This document shows positions 22,367 through 34,809 of a stretch of DNA of 36,516 nucleotides, piece by piece (position 1 is the stretch's first letter; each line of letters begins with the position of its first letter). The notes beneath the pieces were generated by a model. The model was given only the letters and a program-made list of their open reading frames with translations, was not told the origin of the DNA and did no database searches. The DNA is taken from positions 1 through 36,516 of the forward strand of contig CAJVPI010000291.1 of assembly GCA_910592345.1 (NCBI GenBank). The letters are read 5' to 3'. The stretch comes from Paraglomus brasilianum. Lineage: Eukaryota. Made by a program: the position numbers and the translations under genes.

Positions 22367-25300
22367 TTATACAAATTGACTTGCACTTGTACTCAATTTT
22401 TCATTGTTCCCTGAACCCTTACCAGTCCTCTTACTCCCAACACTGCTACTCCTTGCTAGACCACGGTTGTTCCCACTCGCACTCTTGGACCAAGCACCAA
22501 ACAGTCCCTGCCCACCACTACGTGTCCGGCTTTTTTTGAAACCATTTGATGTGTGATTAGATTGGTGAGTGGAAGGTTTAGAAATCCAGGAATCGAGAGC
22601 TGTGGCCGGCTTCTTGGCTGTGCTGCTACTGTATATCTCATCGATTTCAAACTCGTCGTCACTTTCATCCTCGGGAACTTCAGCCAAAGTCCAAAACTCT
22701 CCCCGCAGCCCATTACCATTCCCACTTGCAAAGCTGCTATCGCTGCCTAACGATTTTATTGATCCTATGATACCATTAAGATTAGTGAATATACTTGCTG
22801 TTTCTAATGGTTCATTTTGAGAAAAACTCGGTCGTGCTTTCGTAGTAGTGCCGGTAATAGGAATAGCCGGAGAAGAGGTCGTCGGACTTGCTGTTGTTGG
22901 TGAAGTTTGCTTTCCCGAAAATCTTCTCGTACGTCGCGTCGGTGATGGATCTGGAGAAGGCATGTACGACAAGTGCTGCATAGAGAGAGATGGAGGTTTG
23001 TTGGATGGATGTGAAGATGTAGATGGTGGAGTTTGTGCATTGCGACGAGTTGAGAACGGATTTAAAGAACTAGAAAGAAAGGAAATAGGAAGGAATAAGA
23101 AATGACGTTAGGCCTCATGTTGTAAAATAATCCCTCATCCCCTTGGCTATACAAACAAAGTACTTTTCCGACACCGCCAAATATGATTACCTAAAGTTTC
23201 CGTCAAAAGCCGACTCCAAAGCTTCTCCAACCGACCCGACCCAGCTCCTATCCTCCTTTTCGGTATTGATACCACTCTTTCTATCCTCCTTTCCATCTTT
23301 CACATGCCGCCACGTTTTTAAATGCTTTCCATAATGAACTGATCCAAATTCAGATGTGAGAGCTCCGTTACTGGGGGCGGTTGGTTTGTTGGTATCGACG
23401 GATTGGCTATCGCGCTTTTGTTCCTTTTTGCGATCGAGCTTCCACCATTTTTCTTTTTCAAACTTGGCAGCGTGTTCAGTTTGAATATCGGCAAGTTCTT
23501 CTGCAGGATTTACATAAACAAAAGACTCGCTTATTGAATAACCGCTATCATTACGAGAGTGGGCTTCAGTAGTCACGTTACCGTCTTTCTCAACCGTTCC
23601 ATGAGATTTCCGTATTTCGTCTGTCTTGTTATCGCTATTTCTTGTTTGTCTGTTGTTTCCAAATTTAATCTCACATAAATCCCCTTCTTCCAGTATAATT
23701 TCATTTGTCGCAGCGGAAGCCGACGAATATCTTCTATGCGTACGCATAAAGTCTCTCGAAGGCTTTCGCACCGACATGCGAGGGCGGGAGGATGCATCCT
23801 CTTGAGTAAAGAACCTTATCACGTCTTCCGGGAGGTGATATCGTCGGATGTCGAAATTAGTGGGAGAAAGAGTAGATTTGTTGGAGAAGGATGACTCAGT
23901 TGTAGATGGAGGACCTGGGGATGTAGGCAGAATTGCTGTAGATTGGTGATTCGTGGACGAGTACAGAGATGATTGGTTTGGAGAACTTTGAGAATGGTGG
24001 TTGGCGTGAAGATAAGAGGGTGAAGTTGTGGGTTGCGAAGCAAAGGTGGATAGTGCTGGAATGGCAGGGAGGTCTTTAAATTGTTCGATAGAGCTGGCCG
24101 TGTATGATCTTTGTCGTGTATGCGGAAAAGATTTTTCGTTTGCTTTTTCGCTTGTTTTCTCGTTAGAATTACTAGCTACTGTCTCGTAAGCCTTTGAACT
24201 TTTATACATCTTTTGTCCGATATAGAATGGATGGGGAGCCGACGATGATAATGGTGATAATGGCGACGGTGGGAAAAGAGAGCCAGACCTTGTGTTTGAG
24301 AGCCTCTCTGACTCGCTTCCAGTGTTACTTTCATCGTTTGTGTGTTTGGAGGGGAAAGGATAACTTGATAGATTTGAACCTCCCGTGAAGGGAGATATGG
24401 TTTCTATCGAAGGCAATACATAGTCTCCCAAGTTCACATCATGCGCAGCATCGATGTTTAATGATAGAAGACATGACCTATTGTTTTCCATTGCACTAAG
24501 CGGAGAATATGACGGCAACGATCGTGCTGAGGGAATTAAGACTACATCCTTGTCTAAATGTTCTTTTCCCTCTCGCTCCCCCAGTTCTTCGCCCTTACAC
24601 CATGAATACTTTACTCCTTTCTTATTCTCCGTTCCGTACCCTAATTTTCTAAATCCGTAAAACCCATCCATCTTTCTTTTCCTTTCTTGTCCCACTTTTG
24701 ATAACTTTACTTCATCAGTTATTTCCGTAGGAATGAAATGAAGATTTGCTTCGGCAAAGTACGGGTGAAGTAAAGCATCAAGAGCTGTCAACCGTTGTCG
24801 AGGATTATAGCGAAGTAGATGCGAAAGAAGTTGAATAAATGTTGGGGGTGTGGAGCGAGGTAATCTTTTGGCTATGTTTTGAGGTGGTATCTAGGCGTTG
24901 AATAAGGGTAGAATGTAAAGGTGAGTTGAGAGAGAGGAATACGAATACTAATGCATATATCACGCGATCAAGTAATGAATGTGGTTGCTAAGTTGTAACT
25001 CCCAACCAAATAAATCATCTTAATACTCACAGCAGGGAAACAAAATCCTTTGCTCTTAGCCAACTTCACGCCCTCTTTCCAATCACCCCCACCCATCCCC
25101 CCAATCTGTCCGACTGCATCATCTCCAGGCGTCGGGCTACCCAATACTTCGCATATTCTGAACATTTGATCAATTTCGCTTTGACCAGGGAAAAGCGGTT
25201 TTAGTGTGCATACTTCGGCCATGATCACACCAACGGCCCATAGATCGACGGGAGATGAGTAGGATGGAGAACGCAGGAGGACTTCAGGCGCGCGGTACCT

Positions 25301-26602
25301 GATGAGGCGGGTTGTAGGATGCAGGATAAGAACATAATTAGATTGTGAATAAAACGAACAAGGACAATATCAAATAATGACGATTGAATATAGGACGGTA
25401 ATCACACATATATATGATCACAGTAACATACTGTTTCATCTCTGGTATCGATACTTACCACCGGGTGCTGACATATTCTGTGTATGGTGGACGTGATTTT
25501 ATCTCTCTGGTTAGCCCAAAATCTCCTACTTTCACAATATACTCTACGTTTTCGTCATCGGCCCCTACATCAACATCATCCACGGCACAGTTCCGCTTAT
25601 CCTCTTTCCAGTTATCATTTCCCTTTTCTTCCTTGCATACACCCTCTCCATCATCCCAATAATGTATTAGGCGCTCATTTGTCTCTGCATCAATGGCTGA
25701 CTTGCCTAATACCTTTAGTATCTCGTAATCTTTCTCGTTTACGTGATCGTTGCCGTTGCTGTTGTTGTTGCTGAATACTTTTTGTTGTTTGCGAGTGGAT
25801 ATGAGAATGTTTTCAGGTTTTAAATCTCGATGAAACAAACCGTGTGAATGTATATGATGTACGCCTTGTAGCATCTGATACCTGATGGGATAAGAAATCG
25901 AATATGATCAGTTGCTGAGATGGTTACCTTTAGGATCAACATGGTGGGGGGGGGGAGATGTAATCTTGACCAAACCATTTAGTGAATCAATTGCAAATTA
26001 CTATTCATACATTATAGACTGAACGTTTTTTTGACAGAGTCTTTTTCCACTTCTATCTTTTATCAATTGATACAGGTTCCCCTCCATATACTCGAAGACA
26101 AAATGCAGATCTCGTGTTTGTGGAAGAAGAAATGCCTCTAGCAAACATATTACTTGCGAATGTGTTGGAAGGAGACGAAGCGACTATTGGAATAAAAACA
26201 GAGAATAGAATTGGTGAGTGTAATTAGTAAAAATAGTGAATTTTTTTGATGGTGTATTGTAATGAATACCTTCAATTACCATTATCATTACTATTCTATT
26301 GTCATCCCTTTTCCTATCCGCAACTAGTTCAACTATTATTAATGATCAAACGCCTTGCCTTGAATTCTCGTAGTTCACATGCTTTATCCCACGAAGAGAA
26401 TTTCTTTTTCATTGTCTTTATCGCTACCTGAAAATGTGCGAAAGCGAGAGTATCAATATTTATATGTGTGCATACTCAGAACACTATTCCAACAAGACCT
26501 TAATATACTACGTACCATTTGCCCTGTATGTTTATGTTTAGCCTGTATAACTGTTCCAAAGGAGCCATCCCCTAGTTCTTTGAACACATCATAGTCTTCC
26601 AT
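22367..26602 (-). CDS. IME2: Ime2/MAK(RCK)-family CMGC Ser/Thr kinase with a long low-complexity C-terminal tail, 7 exons
   Basis: [82 protein letters not shown] (TEY loop), [14 protein letters not shown] at 26602; last exon ends at 22367; intron 2 is GC-AG. Confidence 0.92.
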
Positions 26603-27305
26603 AGCGAATACAGAGAATACAGTTACAGTCTGAATAGTAGTAGAGTGAGCGAGCACGTTTACTACAGTTTTTGATCCTTTTATCTGTTCCCGTTCTGATG
26701 CTGACTTTTCTCTCTTTGTCTCTTATATTTTAAGGTAATAGTAAAGTAATTCAGTATTTTTGTAACAAAGAGTCGATACTGTGTTGCACGTCCAATGCAT
26801 ACTGCCAAATGGGGCAAAACGCAAACAAGGCGAAAATAATGCCACGAGACGCACGGTAGTGCCAGGGGTACTTTCCGTGTCTTACGAACTCTAACTTTCA
26901 GGAAAGCGATTTGCTTACGTTTTATTGTATACGTAGAAGGATGAAGACGTTCAATTTTACAGAGGGAAAAGAAAACTTTGACTTGATATTTAAATAAGAC
27001 TGTCCTGATCGGACTTTATTTATGATTGAAATCGCAATTTTTGCGTTTCAATATATATAATGAAGTTTATAAAACCATTAGTGGCATAATGCCTGCGTGA
27101 TATTAATATTAATATGCCTCAAAGGTTGATTTCGGTCGACAGCGACTTCGCATTACTGAGGGTATTTTAACATCTTGCTTGTAATATCGTTGTATTTAAT
27201 ACTATATACATAACTTGGCTCATACTCGTGTGCTTGACTTGAAGAAGCTGATAGTCGCTTCGCTATAACGTGACGGTATGAAATCGATTTATTATTTAAT
27301 AGATA

Positions 27306-27483
27306 CAAGTGGGCCTCGATATAACGACACGCTCAGTTCCAATCCAAATGGTCACTATATCGAGAATGTCCTTATATCGAAAATACGATAACTAAACAAT
27401 ATAAAAATTTTGTTCTAAGATTTCTGTCGTTACTATAGCAAGATGTCGTTACAGAGCAGTGTCATTATATCGAGACTCACTTG
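27306..27483. mobile_element. 178-bp pogo/Tigger-type MITE with TA target duplication
   Basis: 25-bp TIRs CAAGTGGGCCTCGATATAACGACAC / GTGTCATTATATCGAGACTCACTTG (3 mismatches). TA at 27304-27305 and 27484-27485. Internal GTCxTTATATCGA repeats. Confidence 0.9.
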
Positions 27484-27564
27484 TATTAACTACAATATTG
27501 CAATGTTATATTTATTTAAGACTCAAGCGCGCTTTTAAAAAGTTTACTAATTCACTGGCCAAGC

Positions 27565-27646
27565 CTAAACAGCAATAGTCTGATTTATTCGCTGCAAAGT
27601 TAATGGCTAAACGGCAATAGTCAGATTCATTCGCTGCAAAGTCAAT
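27565..27646. repeat. Two-copy tandem repeat, 42-bp period
   Basis: CTAAACAGCAATAGTCTGATTTATTCGCTGCAAAGTTAAT vs CTAAACGGCAATAGTCAGATTCATTCGCTGCAAAGTCAAT. Confidence 0.9.
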
Positions 27647-29289
27647 TCTGCCGTATCCATAAAGATAACATAGTCTCTTTCAATATCTGTATTAAATATA
27701 ATGCTATTGCCTATGTGGTTCCAATTACTGCATCTTATAACAATAATTAATGCCCATCTATACTCGATTTATATGACAATAAGAGAAATTTATGGTTAGT
27801 CAATTTGTATTGCAATAATGCCAAAAACTGAGGAAAACTCTCATATTGCATGACCAGAAACCTATATTAATTCCACCCACACACATCGTTCGTCTCGATT
27901 GCGGAAGGTTTTAGCTCTGCAAAATTTTACTGTACACATGGATACGAATAACAATAGCAGTAGTAAATTTGTAATGTAATACGGTCGACATAGCAAAAAT
28001 ATTGTCATTATGAAGATATTCGTATAATAAGATCATAAACTTGTAATCGAATCAACAGCAGCGCCGTTATTTGTATTAATTACCGATTTTTAGACAAGAA
28101 ACTCTTCTAGTTAGTATTATCCAAGCAAAGTAAATCCTACAGATTGGTGATGCTCCGTTTATTATTGCATATTAAAGCTATTGTAATAACCTTCTAAGAT
28201 ACACATGTATGTTCAATACAACGTTCAGTAATTAAGACTGTTTGTTTACTATGTGGTAGGAAATTAAGTTAGGTTCGGCACTTCTTGGATTATTAATCAA
28301 ACCAACCTCGTATTGGTATAGGGATAATTGTACAAAATTTTCACTGTTTATAAATGGCAGCTTAGAATGAGGTATAATAAACCAAGAAGTAATTTAGAAA
28401 AGAGGGATCAACCAAGATTGGTTTTTGCAGTTCTATTAATATTGTAGCCTTTAAATTTAATCTCTTCTGTGAAAATTGCCTGGTCATGCTGATATTACTA
28501 TGCACTTTGACGGTTACATATTAATATGCACTTAGGTATTAATATGTCACAGTTCAGAATATGTTCACTAAGACAAGTTATGCATGTACAGTCCTCTTAT
28601 GCAGACACAAGTTAGGAAGGTACCAACCACTATTAATATATTAATGCGTTGCAGTATGAATGTCACGTTACCTGTGCTACGATATACACAGGCTGGATAT
28701 ACAGTACCATTTCTGCCTGCCTTCAAACAGCGGTATTTGCGAAGAAATCCGGGAAAACTCAATTTATGCAAAGGCTGCTGGAAAGCTTAGATATCATTGA
28801 GACATTAATATTAACCGATGCTAATGCTGTACTAGTACCAAGGCTAATGATGACGTATTCCGACGGTATCACAAACATTTCACATCAGATAATCGTTGAT
28901 AATTCACATCAGCAGTGATATACTGGCAGTGTTCATCAACAGTATGGTAGTACATGTACGGTTCAGCGCGACTTTCCCGATATAATTAATCATGTTCACA
29001 TAATACTCAATTAATACCCCTTTCTAATAATAACGTATAGTTCTTTATACTCTGAAATACATCATTAATTATTCGTTCTCTGGTAATTATCGGTATAGTT
29101 GTGAGCCACTAATCCCTATATCGATTAGTTGACGATCGATTGCTCTCCACTCATATGATCAAACTAAGCTGGCTAGTTTATCAGTGTCATTAGTGACATG
29201 GCTATGCCTTGTTCTATCTGTAGGTACGGTCATGGAGCTGAATCATTAATTATTCTATGTCACAATTTTTATTATTATCTGTTACAGAG

Positions 29290-30430
29290 TACTATTACTA
29301 TGGACAAATTTGAATATGCCATTGGAGGAGGCTTAGTAGTGTGTATGATTACAGATGCACTTGAAAAAGTTTTTTGGCCATACAATGGTCCGTTACATGA
29401 TAATACCTTGAGAGACATGCAGTAAAATTTTTACTGGAACAAGTGTCACTTCTATCCAAGTATATAGAGTACATTTTGGACTTGATGGTATGTATCAGCT
29501 TCATGTACTATGACTTAATGTTGATTCTTTCTTACATATTTGAAATTACAGGATAGAGAAATATATGATGTTTACAAAGGCATTACAATTGTTGAAAATC
29601 TTGACAAGAAATAGCAGCTTACAAAGTTGATGCTCTTACCATTGTCAAGACAGATCATAATCATAAAGAATTTGCAACAATTGAGGCATCTGTGGACCTG
29701 CTGAACAGGATTATTTCCACACACTGAAAGGACATTGTTGATGCATCTTTTGAAACAGCCAAAAAAAGTTGAAGGTTTACACAATTACAATGCAATCATT
29801 GGTATGTTCTCAGGACTTTTGAATTACAATTTATGTAGAGTTTACTGATGCAATTTACTCCTACTACTACAGTTGACCACATCATCTTGATTGAAATGTC
29901 AATACACATGCCAAACTAAAACTTCAAAGCTGTGGAAGTAAAAAGTGCATGGTGGCCAATTTTTTTGGAATACCATTGGGAACACTAATACATGCATGAG
30001 TTTGAACTAATTGCCTATTTTGTGGCAACCATGTAGTGGCTATAAATGCTCATATTAAAACTACTACTACATGAACAAGAGAAGGTGATGAAGGCAGTGG
30101 TCAATGGTATGGTTGAATTTGGATCTTACACAGTTCACCAATTACAATGGCTAAAAGCACTGTCAAGAACCTAGTACTAGAGAATGTAAACACAGCTTTT
30201 ATGTTTGGTATATCAGATAACATATATTATTCATTGTATGAAACTAAGTCTGCTGTAATACAGTACCTCTAAGAAATACTTGGAATTAGAATCTGATAAT
30301 GAAAATCTTAACAGAAACTGTCCTGCTAGTTATAAGTATGGATGATTTCCATCATCAATTCATCAGCTCAAAATCTCAGGAATAAGGAAGTCCACTCTCA
30401 AAAATCCTGATGAGCAAATGAGCAAATTAG
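29290..30430 (+). pseudogene. CpG-depleted, intron-containing pseudogene encoding a Cys-rich (CxxC) protein of unknown family
   Basis: GT-AG introns (e.g. 29802-29872). The spliced frame 29632-30207 has 8 stops, all TGA, and reads QLQCNHC*PHHLD*..SCGSKKC..HA*V*TNCLFCGNH. No CG dinucleotide seen from 29392 to 30443. Confidence 0.65.
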
Positions 30431-31362
30431 AAAACAATAAAACCGAGTTGTTTCTCTTATCAAATACCGTTCAACTGGTCAACATCTTAATTCCAAAGAA
30501 CAGCGATCATGATAGGATAAAATTGAGTTACTGCCCTAAAGTTAAGAAATTATTGCGAATTTATTATTATTATTATTATAGTAGATGTTCTTGTTAGGGA
30601 TAGTGAAAACTCACACATGTTGCTAGATAATAATAATAATTAAATTGCTCGGAATTAATGGTACGCGAACCCACGTAAAAGATGATTACGCTCACCAAAA
30701 TTTGCCACTATAACACGTGTTATTATAACGCTTTCATTTTAATATTAATATTACCATGCACTTTGATGGTTATGCCTGCATACATATATGCATTAAGACA
30801 AGTTATGCATGTACTCTTGTACAGATTCGGCAGAAATTCAGATGAAATATTATTTGTGTGCATTCTACAGTAATTGAATAAAAGTTTGTGAAGAATCCAA
30901 AGCGACTATCTAGACTTTTGTTCAGATTTGTTGCATAAATGTCCCCTTGGACTATAGCCAGGAGAGTTGACCGGTACTTAATGAGCTCATATGTTTATCT
31001 AAAAAATAGTCAGGCCAGGTACTGCAAGCGACGCATGTGTTTGTTGCTTGCTGTGTGGCAATCAAGTATGATCGTTATTACTTATAAAATACATGAACAA
31101 AAGAACGCGATAAAAACGGTTCAGATCCGCAGTTCGCCAGCCGGCTAAAAAAGGCTGTCAAAGATAACTTAAGAAATTGCCAAAACCGTAATGTTTTGAC
31201 GTCGACGTATAATATAAAAACCCCCCAAAAATTTTTTGTGCATTCCTAATTTCTGGCGCTCACCCTATAAATTTTTGATACACCTGTCATCACAACAATC
31301 GGTTCGGTTAAGACTTTATTCTTTAGACTGCTGCGAAATATCCGTGATCCAGTTAGAACACC

Positions 31363-33304
31363 ATGGGCGAATCAAGAACAGAACTCCTTGCATGGTTAAA
31401 TGACTTGTTGCAGCTGAACTATACGAAAGTAGAGCAATGCGGGACAGGTAAGGGACTCGCATCTTTATTGGAGATTAGAGGAGGGTGAGGGTAAAGCTAA
31501 AGAACAAGAAGAGCGAGGAGTAAGCTTGAAAAGATAATACAACAAGAAAAGTACAGGATGTCCAAAAGAGCCTGAAGGAGAATATAGCCGAAAGTTTGTA
31601 TGCTTGTCGACAGAAAGTAACATAGTAATAACACGACAATAAATGTCATAGTCAGAACATCAGCATCACTTTAAGTCAACCCTTGATCCTCACATTTGAC
31701 TTGTTCATTTTTAAAACACAAAACAGGAGCTGCCCATTGTCAAATCATCGATTCCATATACGGTAAAAATATGTCTTTCTGTCTCAAACGAGAGTTATTT
31801 CGATATCCGCGTTAAATCAAGGTGTGAATGCTCACTATCAACTCTACGTATTTTTCGCATCTCACGTCTCTCTCTACTTTTTTCTATGCAATCATACTTT
31901 ATCATAGGCGACGTCCAGCTCAACAAAGTCAAATTCAACGCTAAACACGAATATGAATACGTAGCCAATTTCAAAGTGCTCCAGACAGCTTTTGATAAAC
32001 ATAAACTTGACAAGGTACGTGATGGATCTGAGTTGTGAGAGGACGAAATGATTCAAGATTTATTTTTACAAAGCTAAAGAGGATATTGATCGGTGGACTT
32101 TCATGTAAAAAGAAACGTGAAGTGGCTGTTTATTGCAAAGTTGATCGAGATGCGAGCGATGGAGGATGAAAGTTAGACACCGATAGGAGTTTTAGATGAT
32201 TGTCCTCATTTCCAGCACACGAAAACAAATTTTATGAACTTAATGTTTCATCTCGCGAACAGATTAATTAGATCATGTTTTATCTTCATATTTATTATAT
32301 ACTGAATTCCCTGATTCAATGTTTTCCTAAATCTACATTAGACGATCTCCGTACAGCGTCTGGTAAAATGCAAGTTCCAAGATAACCTTGAATTTCTTCA
32401 ATGGATGAAAAAATACTGGGATACTTACTATCCAGGGGGACCATACGATGCGTTGGGCAGAAGAGGAAACATGGCAGGAACGCCCAAATCTGTTACCGGT
32501 GGTGGCTCCACTTCCGCGATTAGGACTGGAATGACAAAGAGGACGCCAGGAGCAGGTATGAGAGGGTTTTTTTGAACTACAGTGGAGGGTGGCCGTCAAC
32601 GATAGTTTTTTATGTAAGGAGTTGCATCGGCTGTAATATTATACCACAATGTGGGACCATGAGGAACACGTCACGTCGATTACTATGCTGCATAACAAGG
32701 AATACGATAACCGATCGCTATCATTTTCTTCTTAACAAGATATTTGTATCCCACTTGGAGAGGGATGGTTACGAGTACTATTATCTTGCAGCCATTATTT
32801 TAGTCATGTATAACTTGAAATGTTAGTTTTCAAAATTCCCTGCTTACTATTTTTTTGTCTTTTTTTTCTTCCAGGAGGCAGAACTGGGGGAGTAAGCATG
32901 CATGCACCCATATCAAGTTCCGGCCGCCTTTCTGCTTCAGGCATGAGTGACCCTGTACAATCCAGTGCTGCTGTCCTTGATTTAACTAAAAAGCTTGAGG
33001 AAGTCAATGCAACAGTCGATGGTTTGGAGAGGGAAAGAGATTTTTATTTTGGCAAGTTGAGGGATATTGAGATTCTTGTGCAACAACAAATCGAGGGCGA
33101 TCCAGAGAATGTTTTCTTGAAGGAGGTTCAGGATATCTTGTATAGCACGGAAGTAAGTATAAGCGCGAAAGGAACAGCTGGCAATGCTACGTGAAAAATT
33201 GCATATTTTAATTGACCCGTTCATTTGTTATTTTCCAGGATGGATTTGAAGTGCCGCCAGAGGGTGGAGTCGAGGGAGTAGAGTATGAAGATGAGACTTT
33301 CTAA
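31363..33304 (+). CDS. BIM1: EB1-family microtubule plus-end-binding protein (Bim1/Mal3), 6 exons
   Basis: Exons 31363-31447, 31727-31762, 31908-32014, 32342-32555, 32875-33152 and 33239-33304. CH domain [28 protein letters not shown] domain [17 protein letters not shown]-terminal DETF. Confidence 0.97.
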
Positions 33305-34381
33305 TGTCATGGTTTACATTATTTTCTATATTCTCTGTATTTATGTAAAACAATAGAATCCTTCGGATGTGAAATTATAAAAATTTAAAATTAACATTTC
33401 ACATACGATACTATTCCTAAACGGCAAGTCTACTAATTCTCCCATGAAGAGAAGAGTATTAGTTGATTCTTCATTCAAGAAATGCGTGTCTTTATACACG
33501 ATAGTTCTTACTCTCCCCAAATAAACGCGTAGTTAGAATCCAAAAGAAGAGTTGCCATGCACAAACTGACTGTATTAAATAATTTAGCGGTGAAATTTGG
33601 GAGTCAAAATTCCTAGTTGAGTTTCACTTGCGATCTATTAGAATTTGTATGGTCTTCAGGATAAACATATATCATATGATATATTGTAATTTTGGAGCCA
33701 AGATTAATTAATAGACTAAAACTTTGCAATTTAAGCTCTGAAATAATGTCTTACTTATTGCTTAATCATCTTCCGACTTTGATTGAAATACATGCGTTTT
33801 TATGTAACAAATGCATTATCGAGTGGGGAAATACGCTGATGATAATTATTTTATTTTTTAGAGTTGCTAACTAGTGGACAGTTAATATTTTTTTCGAAAT
33901 CTAAAAAAGTAGTCATTCGACTGATCCAATCGTAGATCTCTAATACAGAGCCCGAAAGGAAGAAGTAAAGTACCTCTTTTAGAGTCAATTGATAGCTTTA
34001 ATCCTCTTTGGTCTCGTGTTGTGCTAACTGGCTTTCATGATATTCATTGGAATGGATAAGGCAAGCAAGCCTTTTGGCTTCTAGTTTTCAATTTCTAGCT
34101 GGAAAAAAAAAAAGTATTTTGCCGTTACACACTCATCGCCCTTTTTGGACTAGCTTTTATTTCATGTTCTAAATCGAGAAAGACGGAAATCAAAACAATC
34201 CAAATTAAAAAAAGAAAAGTGAAACTTTATATCGCTTAGTACGGAGATAATAATAATAAAAAAATTACGTATCACTCCTCTGGCCAATTCAATTGTATCG
34301 AACGATCAAAGTGGCGCACAAGGAATAACTTCCAATATTTGTCGTAATCATTTTTAGACGTATTGTATGTCAAAAGGGAGG

Positions 34382-34488
34382 CAATCATTTCACCGACAAA
34401 TATTTACCAGCATTATTTCGAATTTATCCTTTTTTAGTAGTTAATTGTCGGTGAAATGTACTGTCGGTGAAATGATTGTCAATGAAAT
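34382..34488. mobile_element. Small MITE-like inverted-repeat element
   Basis: 17-bp perfect inverted repeat CAATCATTTCACCGACA (34382-34398) / TGTCGGTGAAATGATTG (34462-34478). TGTCGGTGAAAT-like unit repeated three times at 34446-34488. Confidence 0.6.
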
Positions 34489-34809
34489 AATACGGATCCA
34501 GAAAATTACAAGAGTAGACGTGGAATTTTGCGTTCTTTATTTGTTTACACCTACGATTGAACGCTAAAGGTGTAAGAGTAGACGTGGGGATGTGGGTTGT
34601 AATATAGTTTTATTGCGAGAGTGTTATTGTAGCTGGAGTAGACAGGCAAAATTATTCGAGGGCATACGGATACCCATCTCTTTTGCACTTTGTGACTCGA
34701 GGTTGGGGATATAAAGTAGTGTGTACATATGCATAAGGGAAGGTTTGAGGATCGCCCTTGTCGCATCGCGGTTAGAGTAGACATAGTAATATATTATATT
34801 CTTACTCAG

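Noticed and set aside
22456..25774. Many short antisense or alternate-frame ORFs over the kinase, and similarly over COG3 and EB1
   Set aside because: They are shadows of real exons with no motifs of their own.
29632..30207. UGA recoding (Trp as in Mollicutes or mitochondria, or selenocysteine)
   Set aside because: Spliceosomal introns, a frameshift, TGG still used for Trp and total CpG loss are better explained by CGA>TGA decay.
12218..33304. U12 (minor) introns in the conserved genes
   Set aside because: No RTATCCT donor among the introns I mapped; all are GT-AG or GC-AG U2-type.
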